Part shown: positions 60,001 through 64,000 of the stretch, in pieces
How positions within the stretch are numbered: position 1 is the stretch's first letter
Layout: the number at the start of each line of letters is the position of its first letter
Source: Marsupella aquatica
Lineage: Eukaryota > Plantae > Marchantiophyta
Assembly (NCBI GenBank): GCA_973895155.1
Contig: OZ316898.1
Span: 35,540 to 99,539, forward strand
Length of the DNA stretch: 64,000 nucleotides
Reading direction: 5' to 3'
Program-made: the position numbers and the translations under genes
Notes under the pieces: model-generated
Database searches by the model: none
The model's input: the letters and a program-made list of their open reading frames with translations, nothing else
Told to the model about the DNA's origin: nothing

Positions 60001-61730
60001 AAGGCCGACCTAAGGGAGAAGGACGAGATGCTCGAACAGACTTACGCCAAGATGAACCAGATGGAGTCTGTCATCATTGCAGAGCTCGACAAGGAGCTAA
60101 GAGCAACCCAGGAGGAGAGGGCTACCTTGAAGAAGGAATTGGAGGAAGCCCACAAGGAGCAGGAGGAGGCCAAAAACGAGCTGGAGGGGGCACGTAAGGA
60201 CCTGGATGAAACCCAAGAGGAGTTGGAGGAAATCACGAGGAAGATGGAGAACCTACAGCGGCGGGCCGACAACCAAACAGAGCGGCTGAAGAAACAAGCC
60301 GCAGTATTTAAATGCTTAGCTACAGCAGGTCCATCTCCCGTTGGGACAAACCAGTTACCAGGGGTGGTAATTGCCGAAGGACAAGCCGCGCCACCTGCAC
60401 CAGTGCCGGAAGTAAGTGGGAAGGGGAAGGGACCAGCTGCCGAGCCACCAACGAAGAAGAAGCGGAAACCTTCAGGGTCAAGGAGTAATACGACTTCACA
60501 GGCCGTGGTGATCAAGGAGGTAGACCCAGCACCGACCCCAGACAGGGTCACGGCTAAGGATCCAACTACCCTAGGGGAAGGGGAGGCCGAAGCCGAGGGA
60601 GTGGCTGAAGCCGAAGCCGTGGGAGTGGCTGAGGCCGAAGCCGTGGGTATTGCCGAGGCCGGTGTCGAGGCTGAAGCCGAAGGTGGACCCAGTCAGGCCG
60701 ATGGAGAGTTGACTCGGTCAAGGGCAGGTAATCTGTCAGTAGGCGGGCCAACGGCAGTGGCTGAGGAGGAAGTGTTGGGGGCGTCCATTGAGGATCCACC
60801 ACCGGTGTCGTGACGGTGCAAGGGCGCCGTTCCTTTTAGGGAGGGCGGAGGCGTGAGTGGGCAGGGCGGGCACGGATCTCCACGTTTAGGATTAGGATCA
60901 GAACCAGGAACGGCCCTGACACTTAGCTTAGTGGGATTGCGGTCCCACTGGTAGGAGCAACACTTGTGCTCCTGCCTTGCTGTACATAGGTAGATTCGGC
61001 AAGTAGATTACTGTTAAGTAGATTAGGCTTACGATGCAAAGAATGGCGGATCCACTACCAGGATAAGTACCTGGGCAGCGGGGAGCTCAGGGCCTCTTCT
61101 TTAGCAAGTTTTTAGTTTGCACCAGCCGGGCTGGGATCAAGTAGTACAAGAAGCTCTCGGTTAGTCATACAATGACCCTTGTGTATATTCATGTTTCCTC
61201 ATGCCTAAGAGCTGAATAGAGTTGGCCTCACGGCTTAGTTCGCAGAACTTGTGTATGAGATGTACTGTTTGTATGGCAAGTGCATGGTATGACTCAGTCA
61301 GAAGGAGTCATTTTGCTATTTGTGTGTCGCATTAACTTGTGTGAAGAGTGCCCACATCAACAGAAGGAAGGAAAGTAAGCAGGGGAGTGAGAGTTGGATG
61401 TGTCGAGCTGAGAGAGGTCTTAGCGGCTTAACCAAGCCTATTGGGGATCATTCCGGCGGCGGAATCCAAACATACCTAACAAGACGGAGGGGAAGACAGG
61501 GGAAGACAGGGGAAGACAGGGGAAGGCCTATATTAGGCCGGCTACGTATCTCATGACCCGATGAAGGATCTGTCCAGTATATGTGTGTAAAATGTTAATA
61601 GTAGTAGTAGAAGGTTAGCAGCGTCCCATGCCGCTAAGCCGCGGAAACGGCCTCGCCAAGCACGAAACCTGCGGGAATCGGCTTGAGCTGGGGGGTTTCT
61701 TGGGTTTAGGGAGCCATGGGACGCACCACA
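57075..61730 (+). repeat. 3' LTR (4,656 bp), preceded by PPT TAAGTGGGGAG
   Basis: Match to the 5' LTR; TSD follows at 61731-61735. Confidence 0.95.
57190..60813 (+). CDS. Intact LTR-encoded protein (1,207 aa from the first ATG; 1,220 aa from GTG at 57151): basic N-terminus, PMD-like domain, long coiled coil, low-complexity tail
   Basis: Uninterrupted 3.6-kb ORF entirely within the LTR. LLEFVGSWEPETN...GKDFYLTPKVIAEVFGLP resembles the PMD core. About 250 aa of E/K/L-rich heptads. Confidence 0.85.
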   Translation: MEPGQRPEVRLRVKTRLGLGRVKRRRLGRINGKKDRQRRGVRSACRRWWLICEHELGRRLREANYCQLLRQALGERVDTDDQPKEGMSNVNQAAHFWGCLFERATEYIKTYEDEESERVARERQELARLWELQKTAFLGGELIKDEFLWTPTSNQLDDLLFCKDSVVGIREAIKNCNDIHWELKGSTERWTQATVLGETSTAAEMKRKGAVNDEATPTKRTRSAAPKKPAEQQSRRQGEAEEEEVDPMKAIPTRDDTWKGWAATLPVEVQLHFAREEDACFTAMQTKKYQGFMAGSGLEAFVRLPWLKPEVPESDLLEFVGSWEPETNCMRIYGKDFYLTPKVIAEVFGLPMGNKTKVDTRKTLPDKEFRSFPGPSTKNGFFRNTCTNPHIGEMIDFLQVTMHCNLPRAEIGKAQVYLAERPDPSRDYNGYLLNQLKKILKEEQQVIGMGSVSRLGYHMPLLCRYARGQTFAPVLPLQVRAPEEAPTPRPLAEKPQPPVSPTIEQVFRPRKEDLPMQQPGMQSLLKLLEKEKKSASATTTATAIMQDTTTEVGLHRLTRENPFAGDKERIRPESKPGVRMYVGTSSSKSEAELPEAPTEEEEREKPDVQEVEEAVEDCSHDNSGYGSDHHVPGVRTCGRFVPTLPRVVRGDPNQQSSPESPPPDVAPPSFDGIKQMVQEFQERIKQEEEAALAKEKDLPGGDWPEDIRRLAEKGSKPLATIEEIRRTAWEQRPRWAMPITSTYSTYAKNRAMEYGEMCGELALGIFGEELEVGPFFHREQLEKHQLEEAVALERSKKDEVIRRLRRMEAEIEDLRAAKKAQDELRIKRHELNIMQGQLDTAQADNQNIKDKLTQTQEELADTIKEREKWKQELKNTEEAHITANSRAMAETQRKEWALKGELEKIRGALEQKEVELGKSYQGIMALQQELASLTASFKADLREKDEMLEQTYAKMNQMESVIIAELDKELRATQEERATLKKELEEAHKEQEEAKNELEGARKDLDETQEELEEITRKMENLQRRADNQTERLKKQAAVFKCLATAGPSPVGTNQLPGVVIAEGQAAPPAPVPEVSGKGKGPAAEPPTKKKRKPSGSRSNTTSQAVVIKEVDPAPTPDRVTAKDPTTLGEGEAEAEGVAEAEAVGVAEAEAVGIAEAGVEAEAEGGPSQADGELTRSRAGNLSVGGPTAVAEEEVLGASIEDPPPVS

Positions 61731-61735
61731 GGAAG

Positions 61736-62264
61736 CAGAATTTAGAGATCGACGGTCTGAAGGGAGCCCATCTGAAGAGACCAGTGAAGGGACACTTGCA
61801 CAAGAAGCGTGGAGTGAATCATTCGAAGAAGAAGAAGCTCCGACGGTGCTAGTCATGGCTGCAACACAAAGGGCAAGGTTTCAGTATAAACCTTTCCATG
61901 GGAAAGCTAAGGAGGACCCTGACGAGTGGGTAGAAGACTTTGTTGGAACTGCTGAAGCCAATGGTAAGGATGCTATCAAGTTGACTACATTGGCTGGTGT
62001 CTTGAGAGGAGAAGCTAGGCCATGGTACAAAGGGCTGCCTGCTGTGACAAAGGGTGATTGGAATTTGTTTAGAGTTGCTTTTCTACAAGAGTTTCGGAAG
62101 GTGGGAGAGGAGAGTGAAGCTCTTATCAAGATTGGCCGGCTGAGAATGTCAAGTGAAGAATCAGTTTGAAGTTTTCTACAGAAGTTCCAAAGAGTTGCCA
62201 GAAAGATAGATCCAGCTCTAGATGACTCTATGTTGATGAGATGGTTTGTGTCCTCTCTACCTAA
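61736..62264 (+). pseudogene. Continuation of the host element's gag
   Basis: YKPFHGKAKEDPDEWVEDF...WFVSSLP, homologous to the gag at 50920; in frame with 46068-46155. Confidence 0.8.
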
Positions 62265-64000
62265 TGTGGTGCATCCCATGGCTCCCTAAACCCAAGAAAC
62301 CCCCCAGCTCAAGCCGATTCCCGCAGGTTTCACGCTTGGCGAGGCCGTTTCCGCGGCTTAGTGGCATGGGACGATGCTAACCTCCTCCTACTATTACTAT
62401 TAGCCTTTTACACACATATACTGGACAGATCCTTCATCGAGTCATGAGATACTTAGCCTATAAGTAGTGGGTAATTCCAAAAGCATGAAGAAACTGAAAT
62501 TTTTTAAATTTTTTACGATGTTTAGACTGCAATTATTGCTAACTATAACTAAAACAGCATTCAAAGTTACTAAGTTCCTAAGTTACGAGTTTACTAGTTC
62601 ACTGCTTTACGAGTTACACCTTAAGATTTGGCGACCCTGTGATCATGACATCTTACAACTAGTTCAACGGGACTCCACAACGGATGAAGAGCTCACCTTG
62701 AAAGGGAAGGAATGCAAGACATAGGCGCTCATTACTGACTTCTCTTCCACCTTACCTCTCAAACTCTGCCCAGCTTCAACCGGTATTTCAGAGATGTCAA
62801 ATGGAGACTTTGACCCTTCTATTCCAGGATGATGAGTAGTGATGAGTTCCTGTTTCATTATCCTCAAGTGTATGCTGCTACCTGCAACAACTATGATGTG
62901 ATCGGGATGTACAGAGAAGCTCTTCGTATAGATTCATGTTATTTGATGAAGAGAATGCCTCTGATGTATCCTGAGAGACAACTGAGATGCCTACCTTACT
63001 CCAGAGGATCCCCACGCCAAGCTGAGCTGATAGAGGTTACTCAGAACCGAACTGTTACCCTTGTGGAGTTACTAGAACCAGAGGACATCCGACAGCAAGC
63101 TTGAAGAAGTCTCTAAGTGTTTTTAGTTAGTTTTACCAGTAGTGCATCTTATCTGATTTTTAGAAATGTGTTCTAGAGCTTTAAAAGCTGTCATACTTCT
63201 TTAGTGTATAGTCTATACCTAGGAAAACCACCCGGCAAAATCTCAGAGTTTTCTGACTTATAGTTAGGAAGTTAAAAATAGTTGAATTCATCAAGTCTTT
63301 ACTTTACCGTGATTACGAGTTACGACTTAGCTTTTACTAGTTTAAGAGTTACTAGTTTACGATTACGAGTTCCGATAGACAGCCGATTACGAGTTAATAG
63401 TTTACTAGTTACGAGTTCATACTTAGCCATTTTTCCGGATTTTCACTTACTGAATCGCCATTTTAAAATTTTGAGGGGTATGAAGAGGCATGTCTCTTCG
63501 ACCCTGTGACCTCTCACTCAGTAGATTTTTACTATAAGACCCCTCTACCACTAGTGTAGATGATGGTAAAGTTTAGCAATTTTTGCCTTTCCTTGGTGTT
63601 CTACCAGTTGATCATGAATGTTAAGAGTTCGAGATCAAGCTTGACACCAGGAGAAGACTTTCCTCCTTCTTGTGGTTTAATCCTTTGAATAAATCATGGG
63701 AAGTAAAATTCCAATTGTGTAAATCTTATGAGATCTGATGACAGATTCCTCTTTGGTGACTCATTACAATCTCCTGAGTTCTTGGAGTTAACTCACTGAG
63801 TTTAAGTCTTATTTGAAATTGATGGATTTTCTTTCGTGTTGCTTAGTACCATCTAAATGTTGAAGTAGCTACCTTTTAGATCTTATGTGAGTACCATTTA
63901 GAAAGAAAGGATAAGACATGTTGACGGCATTTTAAAAGAGTACTCTAGTAAGCAATTTAGATCTGAAAAGCAATATGGATTTGAATCCTGAAGTCTTTTC
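62265..64000 (-). mobile_element. Second nested insertion, sharing the terminal ~190 bp of the coding LTR and running out of the window
   Basis: 62265-62458 is a diverged reverse complement of the LTR 3' end (...GCACCACA). Sequence beyond is unrelated and contains GTTACGAGTT repeats. Confidence 0.6.

Larger units (their letters stand above)
46156..61730 (+). mobile_element. Full-length non-chromovirus Ty3/gypsy element (15.6 kb) with giant protein-coding LTRs
   Basis: LTRs of 4,695 and 4,656 bp (TGTGA...CCACA), TSD GGAAG, PBS, gag-PR-RT-RH-INT, PPT. No chromodomain. Confidence 0.96.

Noticed and set aside
46732-60802. Many antisense and overlapping short ORFs within the LTRs and pol
   Set aside because: Shadows of the long sense ORFs; they recur only because the LTRs are repeated.
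57190-60813. LTR ORF as a retroviral envelope protein
   Set aside because: No signal peptide or hydrophobic transmembrane segment is visible; the protein is highly charged.

Overview
Repeat-rich eukaryotic DNA, most likely from a non-seed land plant such as a bryophyte (inferred from Bianca copia, non-chromovirus gypsy, a BBR/BPC fragment and a Crinkler-like gene). It is built mostly of nested retroelements and tandem arrays. The most striking element is a TSD-flanked Ty3/gypsy retrotransposon (46156-61730) whose ~4.7-kb LTRs each contain a ~1,210-aa ORF with a Plant-Mobile-Domain-like motif and a long coiled coil. The same coding LTR occurs as a diverged solo LTR (19513-23730) and as a fragment (35311-35738). 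This element also has a candidate -1 ribosomal frameshift cassette (G-GAU-UUU plus stem/pseudoknot) between protease and RT. Other contents: a young Bianca-type copia element; a non-autonomous Bianca-type element that captured a BBR/BPC transcription factor coding fragment; an intron-containing Crinkler-like nuclease-kinase gene; a spliced pseudogene with a beta-class N4/N6 DNA methyltransferase-like C-terminus interrupted by an L1 LINE; two solo LTRs of another family; and 26-, 111-, ~120- and 169-bp tandem arrays. All family assignments come from motif recognition by eye; no database search was run.
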